NCBI RefSeq assembly: GCF_033153115.1
Contig: NW_026889750.1
Span: 5,828,001-5,892,000 of the forward strand
DNA length: 64,000 nucleotides
Origin: Saccostrea echinata
Lineage: Eukaryota
Direction: 5' to 3'
In this document: piece by piece, positions 13,868-27,180 of the stretch
Position numbering within the stretch: position 1 is the stretch's first letter
How the letters are laid out: every line of letters begins with the position of its first letter
The notes under the pieces: model-generated
Told to the model about the DNA's origin: nothing
Databases searched by the model: none
Seen by the model: the letters and a program-made list of their open reading frames with translations, nothing else
Position numbers and translations under genes: made by a program

Positions 13868-14280
13868 GCTTGCGTATCGAATCAATTGAGAGACATAAAA
13901 CCCATTTGCAGGTGATAAGGTTATAATGCTGCATAAGTAAAGACATAAGTAAGGGCATGACATGGATCTCTAAACATCAGAGGTGGGATCAGGTGCCATG
14001 GAGGAGTGAGTATCCCCTGCCGACCGGTCACACCCGCCATGTGCTCCTTGTGATGATCGGAATATAACGGAAAAATCCGTCGACAATTCAGTGTGTAAAT
14101 AATGGTCTAACAATCAGAATGAAAAACGTCAGTCAGCATTTGACTCAATGATAAATTGTATTTGCTAACAAGGTCATTGTATCGACCATAGAAGTTGCAA
14201 AATGATGACTCTAAACGAGACAGCTGATATTCTTGTTTCATCAACTTGTTTGTCAATAATTTACCTCGCTTTAGAATATT
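13868..14280 (-). mobile_element. Penelope-like 3' fragment(s), rearranged
   Basis: ORF part KRGKLLTNKLMKQEYQLSRLESSFCNFYGRYNDLVSKYNLSLSQMLTDVFH plus the 3' motif; a short RT piece lies at 13868-13940. Confidence 0.8.
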
Positions 14281-14759
14281 ATATATTAAGAAAGAAATTG
14301 GGGAAAAATTATGTGTTTGATTAAGAAGAGGCTGTAATGAATACAAGGCAAGTGCAGCAAAATAATGTAAACAATGTATTGTATTCGTTAGCCTTAAGGG
14401 ATTTTCTACAAAAATGCCATCAAATGTGTGATTTTAGAAATAAAATGAAGCAAACATTTTCTTTTCCATTTTTCCTTTAACACTTACAAGTTCTCAGGTG
14501 AAGTTTTATTCAAATAGCAACAGTTGTTAACACAGTGAATTATTAATTCATTTCTGTATCAACGCTTTTAAAGATATTTTTTTTAAAATTCATACAGCGA
14601 ACTTCCTTACACGGGTATTAGAAATTTTGGATATAAATAAGTTAAAAAAAGATTTTTGAACATGGCCCCAGGAGTTCTTAACAACCAAGTTTTACTTTAA
14701 TTTAAAGCAGAGCAGACCCCCTGGATAATCAGAAGTGGGATTAGGTGCCAAGGAGTAAT

Positions 14760-15210
14760 AGCATTATAACCTTATCACCTGCAAATGGGTTTTATGTCTC
14801 TCAATTGATTCGATACGCAAGCGGATGTTCTATGTACAAAGAATTTCTAAAACGTGGTAAGCTATTGACAAATAAGTTGATGAATCAAGAGTATCAATAG
14901 TCTCGTGTGAAGTCATCTTTTTCGCAAGTTCTATGGTCAATACAATTACTTTGTCAGCGAATACAATCCATCATTAAGTCAAATATTGACTGACGTTTTT
15001 CATATTAATTGTTAGGCCATTTTTTACACACTGAATTGTCTACGGATTTTTCCGTTTTTTCCCGATTATGACAAGGAGCACACGGCGGGTGTGACCGGTC
15101 GGCAGGGGATGCTCACTCCTCCATGGCACCTGATCCCACCTCTGATGTTTTGGAGGTCCGTGTTTGCTCTGCTCCTATTTTGTATTGTTTAATGGACTTT
15201 TGAGCTTGAG
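14760..15210 (+). mobile_element. Penelope-like 3' fragment
   Basis: Reverse-complement match to 1790-2240, including the full 3' motif at 15076-15170. Confidence 0.8.
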
Positions 15211-16606
15211 AGATGAGATGTTAGATAATAAATGTACAAACAAAATATATGTATCCAGTTTCTAGTTTACTTATATGGAACATAAATGGTGTTGTATTCT
15301 AGATAAGTATGTAAAAAAAGCATTTGCTGACTAATATACAACTATGTTTTAGATGTGATGAGTTTTAGTCAATTATTTTAAAAAATGATTTTCTGTTCAT
15401 TTAGGCTCGTTTTGAACAATTCTAAGATTATCATAAAACAGTCTACATATTCCTGTATAAAAGGTAACAAAGGTACATGTAACTATATTTGGGTCGAACT
15501 TAAAATGAGCAGGGGATTTCGACGGCTTGAACAATCTAGAATCTATCCTATGCTGGCAAGATTTTATACCAATTTGACAGTGCTAGTCTTCAAAAATAGA
15601 TTTTTAAAGTACTTGTCAATAACTTCCTTTTTGTTGCACTGAAAATTTAATGAGTTAAACTTATTTAAATATACATTACATAGAAATACTAATTTGTATA
15701 TTAGAATTATCGTCAGTGTAATGATATATTTTTGGATTTTTCACAAAATTTTATATACACTGCCATGAAAAACTCTAATGGTGTACACTAGCCAAATTAT
15801 TCAAAACAATACTAGTATTCATCGAAATTTGAATAAAAAATTTACGCAATTGTATCATGTCGTTATTGGAGGATTGGGGGAAGTAATAAGCAATCGCAAA
15901 TATCGTAAAAACATTGTTTAAAAATTACTTTCTTTATTTTTATAACTTTTTGGTATCAAATCTGGTGTATAAAATTTTAAACTTCGATATATATGTATGC
16001 AATTAGAAATAATCAATCAATTTTAGGAACAACTAACAACAAATTGGTTTTAAAATTACTCCTCTGTTAACAAGATAAGAAACATTTAGTAACAACGGGG
16101 CGGAGAGATGACAAAGTGATAGAAAATTATGAAAAATAAAAGAAAAATGATTAGAAGAATTTCGCATAATCTATTTTCATTCTGAATTTTCCATTATATT
16201 TATTTTTTCATTAAATTTTATTACTTAATGATATTCAACGTTACTTGAATTTGGTGCTTATTCATTATCTTGTGTTCAGCACAATTTGGTGCTTATTCAT
16301 TATCTTGTGTTCAGAATACAATATAATATTACTTCCTGTAGACAAATGCCCGACATTTAGAAATATCAATTTTAAACCCATATTTAAATTCTCAGATTTT
16401 TTCATAAGTATATAAATGAACAGATGTACGGCTAAAAGTTTCTGCAAAAAGACAGAAGCAAAATAACGCCAGTGAAATTGTGTCCGACACTATGGATTAT
16501 TACTTGAACTTGTTTTGACAAAGCAAATGTACAGATATTATCGATTATACATTTTGAAACTGTAATCGATTCACAATTGTTTGTGCTATATACACTTCTA
16601 AGAGAT

Positions 16607-16775
16607 TCATGAGCATGTGACACCAGCATCTTCATAATGTTTAAAGTTTTCCTTTCCATAGACAATGTGTTTGCAGTCAAAGATGGATGTCTCTGAGCCA
16701 TTACAGGTAACATCATCTAACCAAATACGCCCTGTTCCATGTCCAAAATAGGCGCGACTGTGAGCAGTCGAGTTT
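16607..16775 (-). pseudogene. SRCR gene copy B, terminal exon (second half of last SRCR domain)
   Basis: [55 protein letters not shown]. Phase-2 acceptor; the conserved Cys of NCxHxEDAG is Phe (TTT). Confidence 0.85.
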
Positions 16776-16867
16776 CTAATGAGAAAATTGTAAAACTATT
16801 TTATGATAATTCTTTAGTCTATTTTTATGGTAGAGATACAATGAATTTTAAATGAAGTAAAAATTTA

Positions 16868-17008
<141 letters not shown>

Positions 17009-17917
17009 CTGTAAATGAATTAAAATGAAAGCGAATCCGTTCAGCAACTTTCCTTATTATCAAAACACAAACAACAAATCAACACTAGCTTTTTTGCATT
17101 TATGTTCACGTTACTTAAAACTTCCCAGGTACTTATAGCCCTGTAAGCGTAAACATAGGACCCTAAAATAAAACAAAAACACAATAATAACTTCCTCTGT
17201 AAATGAATTTGGTAGAAAAAGTCAAAGAGTTTTCAAGCATGCAAAAAAGCAAACAAAGGTGTCAATTAATGTCTAGAAGCATGGTACGCTGATGTCAGAG
17301 AATACCCTTGGAAGAAATGCTATATATTTAGTAAACCTTCTCACATGAGGTAAGATTTACTATATAGTATTTCCTCCGCATACCTTCCAACCTAACGGTA
17401 CACTGTTGTGATTTTACGTATTCTATGAGGAATAATTGTAATATATCCTTTAACATGAAATATAGAATATCAAATAAATAAATAACCTTTAAATGAGAAA
17501 AGGTAGGCCTTTAATTTTTCACATATGTATATGGGGGTGGGGGTGGGGGTGTAAACTAATAGGAGTATGGAATGACATACTCCTGTAAAGATTCTTGAAA
17601 CATTCATTGCACAGTGGTGGAGTGAGTTATAGTGGAATCATAATTATATCCCATTCTATGTGAAAAGGCTTTCCCACAAATTGTCTAATGTACAAATCTA
17701 TGAATGGTAATCAGAGAATGAAATCTTCAGTTCCAAGTGCAAAGGTCTTTTTTGTAAATATATTGCAAATATATAAGTCTGGTCTGATCCACCATGGAAC
17801 AATGATCTGATTAGAATAATCGAGAAAACTCTAGACCAATAAAGAAAACCAATCAAATATGACCTTTCAAATCAATGACCAATAAAGACCAAAATAACAA
17901 TGTCCACTTCAAAACAC

Positions 17918-18054
17918 NNNNNNNNNNNNNNNNNNNNNNNNNNNNNNNNNNNNNNNNNNNNNNNNNNNNNNNNNNNNNNNNNNNNNNNNNNNNNNNNNNN
18001 NNNNNNNNNNNNNNNNNNNNNNNNNNNNNNNNNNNNNNNNNNNNNNNNNNNNNN
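17918..18054. other. Assembly gap (N run)
   Basis: Run of N; may hide the missing SRCR half-exon of copy B. Confidence 1.
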
Positions 18055-18153
18055 GGGTGGATATAGGTTATGAATAACAAATTTATATAAAAGTTAAAAT
18101 AATTATATATTCTGGCAAGTTCTAAAACTTTATTTTATACAAATCCAACACGA

Positions 18154-18730
18154 TCCGGATAAAACCAGAAGTGTTTCGAGATGAAACGCGAGGAAAATGG
18201 ATTGCTGATGGTGAATAGTTCCATGACTATTTCATCATGGGCAAATGGCTCAAAAACTATTCCACGCTTTGGGCTGTTTAGAAAACTAGCACATTTATTC
18301 ATCGTATATTTTTATAAACAAAAAACGTGCAGAGATATTGATAAATATTATACACCCATTTACTGGCTATGAGAACAATAGCAAGTTTATCGTTCCCCAA
18401 GACAGCAACTATTTCCCGAGGAGCAGCCGAGGGAAATAGTTGCTGTCGAGGGGGACGATAAACTTGCTATTGTCCGAATAGTCAGTAAATAGGTGTTTTA
18501 TTATACCGAAGCAGTCTTTACTTGTGCTACGTCACAATCTGGATAAAACCAGAAGAGTTCCGAGATAAAAAGCGAGGGAAACAGAATGCTGCCGGTGAAT
18601 AGTTTAATGACTATTTCACCATGAACAAATAGCACAAAAACTATTCTACGGTAGGGGCTGTTTGGCGAAAATAGCATGTTTATTCGTCATGTTTTTATAT
18701 AGAAAAAATTCACAGAGGTATGATAAATAC
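18154..18730. mobile_element. Two ~195-bp direct repeats separated by a ~150-bp palindrome (putative Crypton-like non-autonomous element)
   Basis: 18154-18347 is similar to 18538-18729; hairpin 18353-18495 has apex CGAGGAGCAGCCGAG. Family assignment is tentative. Confidence 0.55.
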
Positions 18731-19520
18731 ATGTATTTCCTCGCATAAAAATGTTGCGCATTCATTGGTTTAAACGCAACACGTGACTGCCACCTATATT
18801 TCAATGTCTTAAGAATCAATATCTGGCAATATGGCGGACGCGTTGCGTTTACATTTCGATATTAGAAGTTTATTACGGAAACCACTTTCCATAATGTTTT
18901 AGTTCAAAAATAGAGAAGCTGCTCTTTTGAAAAAAAAAATGACGTCAGATTTGTTGTGACTGCATCACAAGTGATGTTAGCGTCGAATTCTCTCAAACAA
19001 GAGTAAAAGTTTTAAATTAGAATCTAACCAGAAACGAATCATTAAAGTAAATAAAGATCCTCAAAAATTTATCAAGTTTACTTGACGGCTAAAGGTAAGT
19101 TTGATTATTTTGAAGTAATGAAGAGTTTCATTTTATGACATACGATACGATAGTCGAGATGTTGGTACACTTAAATTTGAATTAAAATGTGTTGTATTCA
19201 ATCATTTTGATCATTTAAGAATGTTGCCTTGCTGAAGGATTTACTGTATATTATTGAAGCATTCTGTCCCCCATCTTCACACACACTTTTTTATTGCAAT
19301 AGGTGGTAAGTATGAATGTTATTGCGTTCAAATAATCCCAACAGTTTAGAGGAAGATTCAAGCCATTCCCGACTTTTGGCAGTTTATGCCACTTTTTTAT
19401 ATACTTATTTTTTTTGTGCCTTCCCCGTCCTTCTTTTTGATAAACTTTGCTGTGGGGGGCTGTCTTGTGTTTATGTCTCTCATACTATGATCCTCGAGAA
19501 AATTCATCATTTATTAAGTT

Positions 19521-19637
19521 TGTTACTGTCTGTCTAAAGAAATATATCGGGTTGATCAATCTCATAGATGGCTCAGCTTCGCCTCGCCGTCTTTGATATT
19601 GATCAATCCGATATATTTCTGTAGACAATCAGTAACA
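19521..19637. repeat. Long imperfect palindrome, apex CTCAGCTTCGCCTCG
   Basis: TGTTACTG..AGAAATATATCGGGTTGATCAAT pairs with ATTGATCAATCCGATATATTTCT..CAGTAACA. Confidence 0.8.
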
Positions 19638-19699
19638 CACTTACAAACAATAATGTCAAATTAAATCGAAATATACTAAAGGCGGAATTACAGACTTAC

Positions 19700-19841
19700 T
19701 CACTATAACCTAGACTTCTACAAATGACACCAGCATTGCCATTGTCCCATCCATCATCACAAATAGTTCCCTATTCATTGTTCTCGTAAACTTCTACTCG
19801 TCCTTGAAATTCTAATTGTCTCGAAAGTCGAACAGGTGGTG
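19700..19841 (-). pseudogene. SRCR gene copy B, exon 2 with nonsense codon
   Basis: [45 protein letters not shown]. TAG at 19771-19773 replaces the invariant Trp of WGT.CDD; 142 nt, phase 1 to phase 2, donor gtaagt. Confidence 0.88.
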
Positions 19842-19956
19842 CTAAAATGTGTCATAATTGTCAAAAGAAATAAAAGCATAAGATGTCGGCAATCACATAA
19901 ATATATAACGCCCCCTCCCCCTTACAAGTGTTAGAATCGTGCATGCATATTCAGTT

Positions 19957-20330
19957 TAGTGACGTAGCATCGTTTTTGAAAGTGGGGAGGGGGGCCCGAG
20001 GAAAAAATTTTTAACTTACCTGAAAAAATTTGACAAGCAAAAAAAAAGAAAAAAAAAAGAAAAAAGAAAAAAAGAAAAAAAAAAGGAAAATTGTGCAAAC
20101 TCGAAAATCCTTTTTCATGGGGGTGGGGGGTGGGGGTTAGATTCCAACGTCTTTTAGTACCATTTTTTTTTTCAACTCAAACACTGCATTCCCCTTATAT
20201 TACCCTTATTCGACAATACTGCAACCAAAAATGGGGGGGGGGGGGGCAACCATAGAAAAACTTATGTCTGGAAAAAAGTGGGGGGCAAGGCCCCCCTGCC
20301 CCCCCCCCCTGCCCGATACTACGTGCCTGC
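19957..20330. mobile_element. Putative MITE with short imperfect terminal inverted repeats and G/C runs
   Basis: AGTGACGTAGCATCG at left, CGATACTACGTGCCTG at right, preceded by a GGGGGGCAAGGCCCCCC hairpin. Confidence 0.45.
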
Positions 20331-21002
20331 AGTTAAAATGATTATTGTGATACCATAGGTACATTTATTTTAAGTGATTATTATTTTACTGATTTTGGTT
20401 TAATGTTTTATTTCAAGTTCCTTATCAATAGAATTGCAGACATCTCAGTGTAAAATGATGGATTTCTCCTTCACACATGTAAGAAAATCGCAACACTTCT
20501 AATATTCATCATTATTTTTATTAGAAAAAAATGATTCTCGAAAAGACGACCAATGTGCTTTTCTTTTTAATCAGTGTGTAAATAATTTGAAAACTTAGTT
20601 AATAAGAGAAAAGTTTGCGAGCGTCAATTCTATCAAACATGTAAACCATGATTAAAATATATTTTCAAGTAATCAGAATCTATTTTACATTTATCCTTAT
20701 TATATCCTTGTTTCTTCTTTGAAAAAAAATGAATCCAACTTGAATATCCTTAATGTATAAAACGTTCTCGGGTGCCTATAAATTTGGTCCATAATAGTTT
20801 ACTGACTCTAGAGAAGAAAATTAATGAAAATGCCTCACAAGTTTACAGCTGAAACAGGACATAAGGACACCGATTGGCTAAAACGGATGAGAATGGGTTT
20901 AGTTCCTCATTTGACCTACCATAATGATTATTACAAAAGAACATTCTTCATTTCTCTGTCATTTCAACAAAAAACACTATCTGTGGGATCGTTTTTAATC
21001 TA

Positions 21003-21927
21003 CGAGGGTTGTCCCAGAAAAACGCGAACTTTTTAAATATTTCATAAACTACCTTACCAAAATTTTTCATTTTTGGCACAATTTTGGGAAAAGATATTTT
21101 CGTCACTTTGGCTAAATAATATAAGGTTGTAATGTTATATGCATTTAGAAAAGAAAAAAAAACATTTAAAGGGTGTTCAATATCGGTGGTTGGCGCACGG
21201 CAATTTCTTGCCTGACGTTATATACACAAACATCCTTAGTTAGATATTGTCAAAAACGGCGACGTCGGGCGATAATGCGGCACACCAAATTATTACTCAG
21301 TACTGTGTGGAATGAGGTATGATCCCTGTTCATACGGGAATCGCGAAAAGAGCTGGGAACCAGGGGACGACACAAATACTTGTATCGAACACTGATTTAT
21401 ACATAGTAAAAGAGTTCAAAGATGCATGTATTAGTTATCCGATGGAAGAAGCGTTTAGTATAGATCTACAAAAATGACAACTGAAAAGTCTAGAGCTGGA
21501 CGTCATACCTGAAGACCGCCGTAAACTATTCATGCAGTTAGATTTATGATTGAGAAATTGTCTATTAAAATACTAAATCCTTGATTTATTCTTAACTGTA
21601 GCTCGTGTGAAATGGATAACTGGATAAATTAAAGAAAATCAAATGCAGTGTCGAATTTATGTTTCGAACAAATTTTTAAAGATGCACGTTTCCTGAACAA
21701 ATTCAAAAACTACACGAGCTACGTTTTTGACGTCGTCGGTGTTGCGTCGACAGCTATTTTGAATGATTCGTTGATCAAAGATAAAAATGTTATTTATTGA
21801 GATATTTTATTGAAATTTCTGTGAATTATGTAACAAATGTTGATTATGGTGCATACCAATTTTTAACTTCATAGCTAGTGAAACAAAAAATATTGAAAAT
21901 GTTCGCGTTTTTCTAAGACAACCCTCG
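21003..21927. mobile_element. Non-autonomous mariner-type element
   Basis: 27-bp TIRs CGAGGGTTGTCCCAGAAAAACGCGAAC / GTTCGCGTTTTTCTAAGACAACCCTCG, with TA on both sides (21001-21002, 21928-21929); no intact transposase. Confidence 0.88.
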
Positions 21928-22288
21928 TAGTAAGACAGTGGAATCATAATTAACTTGCGAGGGGGTCCAAACTTCCTCTTCTTCTTCCTTTTTGTAGTTG
22001 CTGTATATAAGCACCCTAATCACTTGAATTTACATTTCGACGAATGTACTCAAATTTAGAATAAATATATTTTACAGCAAAGAAATTGCTCTCGAAATTG
22101 CTTTCCATCAAACATAGAATTTTTACATATCAATGAAAATGAAATGAATTTTAATGTCTTCACAGTAAAATTAGCAAAAGTCTACAAATGTAAACATACA
22201 ACACTTTTAAGTAATATATTCTTATCAAGATATACATGTACATGTATCCATAATAAATTACCAGATTTTACTCAATTTTCAAGCCTAC

Positions 22289-22634
22289 CCTGTTTCACTG
22301 CCTCTGCCTCCACATCTTTCTGTAACTTCTTAATCGTATCTTCTAACGTTTTGATTTTTAATTTCAACAATTTCATCTCCATAATGTTATTTTCTGCACT
22401 CTCTTTCAGAATATTCTTAAAATCATTCATTTCCATCCTGTATTGACTTTTCCGAGACTCCATATTGTGTAAGTGAGGCACGACAATATTTTTGGCTGCG
22501 GAGTTAATTAGAAGTTCCAAATCCTCTTTGTTTGCAAATGGACATTTTCCCAAAAGGCTAGATCCATCAAGTATACCCTGACCATCCACTGACATCACGA
22601 TAAGTGTCATATACAGAAGATTAAGTACATCCAT
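22289..22634 (-). pseudogene. SRCR gene copy B, first coding exon (signal peptide + coiled coil); exon intact but downstream exons disabled
   Basis: Clear paralogue of 5817-6162 (MDVLNLLYMTLIVMSVDGQ...VEAEAVKQG), same length, donor G|gtaggc. Confidence 0.82.
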
Positions 22635-23370
22635 TTTAAACTAAAACATATTTGCAAACTAAAGAGTTTAGATAATATATTGTTGAGTCTAATTTAAGTT
22701 ACGATGGTTTAAATTACGAAATTTATATCATGCATCAGAAAAATATCATTTTTAAACAAAAAGGATACATTCTAATGATTATTCGAAATAAATGATTTAA
22801 ATATTCAAGTGTTCTGGTCTTAGTATCTTTATGTACAATATATTTGTATAAAAAGGCGAAAAGCAAACAAAATGTATATTTCTACCTTTAATTTCTTTAA
22901 TGAGATCCGTTGATAACGGCACAGAAATGCACGTCGTAAATTGCTTTTAAATCAAGCATATACATGTATAATAATTATATATCATTAAAAATAATTTTTT
23001 TTCTTTCTAGTCTTTCTAGTCTAGTGATTCTGATAAGCGCAAAGTTTAAAACATATTTTGTATGAAAATTTTTAAAAAGCTTAATAAAATCGAAACCATT
23101 GGCTACAAATAAATAAATAAACAAAATGCGTAATGTGAGTAAAACACCGTTTACAGAAATGTATTTCAGTATCAATAGAATTTTTCAGAATTTTAAAACC
23201 ATTCGTTCTGAGGGTGTCATATGTTATTTTTCAATGAAAAATAATCATTATAAATTGCTTGATTTATAAGCATATGTAATTCGTGATACATTGTATTTCA
23301 ATATACGTGTCTCAGAGTTAATGAGATTTTCCTCGAAAACTTCATTTTTAAAAACCGTATTTTATGGTCA

Positions 23371-23374
<4 letters not shown>

Positions 23375-23454
<80 letters not shown>
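23375..23454. repeat. (TA)n microsatellite
   Basis: About 40 TA units. Confidence 0.97.
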
Positions 23455-23457
<3 letters not shown>

Positions 23458-26274
23458 ACTTTTGATATAGATGTACTTACCCAACATGAATTCAAACCTT
23501 TCACATTCATTAGGTTGCTGTGATGGTAAAACAATCTTTTAATTATATGAATTTCAGGGGAAAAAATGGTTGTGCACTACGTTATACGTGTTAGTTTCTG
23601 TTTCGAGTAATTGGATACATGTACTTGGATGTAACGTTTAACAAATAGATGTGCACTGAGGGATAACCCTCTTTAGTCTATGGAGAATATTATATATTCA
23701 TGTAATTGAAACGGTTTGTATTGCACAGGCCTAGAACAGTAATACAGACTTTTTAATCTTGAGAAACATACGTCTTATCGTATGTTCTGTAAAACTCTTT
23801 AACTTAAACAACATAGAACGATATTTTCTGCATTTTAGTTTGTTTTTTTTCATGAGTAGGAACTTGTACAGGTTGATTTTTGTGTCGCTTGCAGAGCAGA
23901 GCGGCAATCAAGGATCTCTCTACCCGACGTCTGTCTGTCTGTCACACCATATATATCTCGAAAACTGTAAGAGGTATGGATATGATATTTATAACATATA
24001 TTACTGGGAACTATGGATTTTGTAAACTACCATGGTTACCAACCTCCTGACCCATGACCTTCACTTTTGACCTATTATTTTCAAAATAGTTCATAGTGCC
24101 GATATACAGCATATTTTGACATTAAAGATGTAAGTCTATGCCATTTAGCATGTGCACTGTTTGTCATAAAACAATATGAAAAAGACCAGCATTACAATCC
24201 ACTTGACCTTTGACCTACTTTGCAGAAAATACCCCGGGTAGTTTCATTCCACTTATGAGGTTTGAATTTTGAGAGGCAGGATTTTGATCATGTTTATGAG
24301 CTCATGATACTGTACTTTGAAACTGTATAATATTAAGTTACCACATTAACTTACATTTAAATACTATTAAAATACATTGGGATCGGTATTCTACAATGGA
24401 TTGTGTAGACTAACAATTGAAGTAAAGGCAGATGGAAATCTCTTTCGGAGGATTGTTAGAAACACGTATTAATAAAATGATAAATAGTTAGTTTTAATAA
24501 TTTCAATTTGTTTATTCATTTGAGGGTTGGAACCATATTTTCTTTGATGTCTGATTGTTTCGCAGTCTTATACTATCCATGGATGCCATTTTTTCTTTGC
24601 AGGTAAATGCATTAACTTTCATGCTAGTAGTAAATAAAAAGCTAACCACTCTTAGATTTATTTACATCTTTAATGGAGATACAAAGCAAGCGACACTAGT
24701 TTTTGGAACATTGGTTTTCTTATGTAACATTCCTGGAAAGAAGGAGGACTGAAGATTTATTTATTTTAATACATGTTATAAGGCTAAAGTTAGAATTTCC
24801 TAAGTCATAAATAAATAGTGCTGGTCGAAAGACATAATATTCAACAAATTCTTACATTTATGTCCAGGCTTCCATTCCCAGTTGGGAAAACGATCTTTAT
24901 GTGTTTTCTCAGAAATAACGATTTCAATGTCAAAATGTCGTTATTCGTTTAAGTTACCGACATGTACAGCCTTCGGTCATGTGTTTCCTCTGCTTCCCTA
25001 TTATGTGAACAATGGTTTAGATAAGAGATGATAATCCTATGTTTTAAACGACTGATTTCAGTTTTATGACTTTAAAAAGATCATCAGTTATTTTATTATA
25101 GATATAAGCCCTATATCTTTGGCATTTAACGTTGGACCATGCTACTTTCAGTGTTTGTACACCGGACCGTAAGGCAAATTTAACGGTACTTTCGACTCGG
25201 AGAATATACTAAAGCTTTTCTAATACTTATAAAAGAACGAACTTAATTACCTATAATCTTCAGAAAATAATGAATGACCTTGGATCAGCAAATGCAGGCA
25301 ATAGACACTAAAAATATATTCATTCATTTGTTTTTACTAATTCTTCTGAAGTTGAAACCATTGATTAGAGATATTTTGTAGTTGCTGTTAACACTGCGTT
25401 ATAACACAAATCTTAAAACCCTCTTAAAAAGTCTAGTAAAAATTGAAGAGAGGAAAATTCAGAGAAAACATTTAGTTACCAATCACATACACTTTATTGT
25501 TGCCAATTTAGGGTTTGATATATGGCTAAAAAATGAAGAAAAAAAAAAATGAAATTTTGAGAGTACATAATATTTTTATAAGGTTCTACAAAAGTCATCC
25601 CAGCTTTCCACTGATTTGACCGTATTTCTTGTTAATACAAGTTTCAATGTTAAACCCCAATGAGTTTACAAAATTCAACATTGTGACTTGTTTCTTGACC
25701 CGTTCAAGTTGTGTATCAAGTATCTTACCACAACGCAACAAATAAATGAACAAAACTCTCACTTTTAGCTGCAAATATGGCTAGCATTACAATAGTTTTG
25801 GATTTAATTGAAAAGAGACAATCAAATTATACAGAACTTTAACATAAAATATGAACCCAAGCATTTATTTCCGGCGCGAATAAAATTGAACAAACATGTA
25901 AACGCGTGATATGTTTATTACAATGACACGGTCATAAATATATAGTTAAAATGGAATTTTTAACAGGTATGGATTCTAATTTTAAAATATTTTTTTAGTA
26001 ACCTATGTTTGCATCAAGATAAATGAGACATCTCAAAGATCAATGTCATTGGGTTATGAGATACGATTTTTGTTAGTTTTTTGTCCATGACTTTGAATGC
26101 AAGCGCATAAAGTTATTGCCTGAGGTATAATTGGGGAAAGGAGATTTTTAAACCTTTACATTTTTCATGATTCACCTTCAGATTTCAAGTACACTACAGC
26201 AAGATATATAGTTTTCTATTAAGATTGTTGTTGTTCGGCAATATTTCAGCCATAATTCGGCGATTTGATTTAAG

Positions 26275-27180
26275 AATGAAATATATGGATAAAACAAACA
26301 GTAATCAAGCTCAAAAGTCCATTTAACAATTCAAATTTTGGAGCAGAGCAAACACGGACCTCTAAAACATCAGAGGTGGGATCAGGTGCCATGGAGGAGT
26401 GAGCATCCCCTGCCGACCGGTACACCCACCATGTGCTCCTTGTCATGATCGGGAAATAAGGGGAAATCCGTCGACAATTTACTGTGTAAATAATGGCCTA
26501 ACAATTAGTATGAAAAACGTCAGTCAGCATTTGACTTCATGACAAAATGTATTTGCAGACAAGGTCATTGTATCGACCAAAGAACTTAAGAAATGACGAC
26601 TTTAAACGAGACTATTGATACTCTTGTTTCAGTAACTTGTTTGTCAATAACTTGCTTCGTTTTAGAAATTGTTCATACGGAGAGCGTGCTGCTCTTGCGT
26701 ATCGAATCAATTGAGAGATACAAACCCCGTATGCAGGTGATGAAGGTATATTGCTGCATAAGTAAGGGAAGTTGACGATTGAAAAGTTTAAGTCATCACG
26801 TTTCTCATTAAGCTTTGTTGTTAGATTACCATTAACGTCTTTTTCTAATAAAACATTCAAATATGAAACAGATGTGTCAGACTCTGTGGTATCTTCTATT
26901 TCAAGCTCACCGGGATATATCGTATCGACATAAGAATAGAAATAACCATTGTTAATTGATAATACGTCGTCGATATATCTAAACGTCGAGTTGAAGGCCA
27001 CAGCAAGTGTTTTCTTCTTTTCACGTATAAGATTTTGAACAAATTCTGCTTCATATGAATACAAAAATTGGTCTGCTGATAACGGGGCACAATTGGTACC
27101 CATGGGAATTAGAACAGATTGTTGGAAGACCTGGTCTCCAAAAACCACATAGATATTGTCAATCAGAAACTCGAGCATCT
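26275..27180 (-). mobile_element. 5'-truncated Penelope-like retroelement
   Basis: ORF portion MLEFLIDNIYVVFGDQ...FRYIDD...KQEYQ, same family as 1769-2662. The ORF N-terminus beyond 27180 is unrelated flank. Confidence 0.88.

Noticed and set aside
15120-15165. Hammerhead ribozyme in the Penelope-like 3' end
   Set aside because: CTGATG is followed by T, not A, and there is no properly placed GAAA core.
16432-16716. 94-aa ORF as a gene
   Set aside because: Wrong frame over the SRCR terminal exon 16607-16775.
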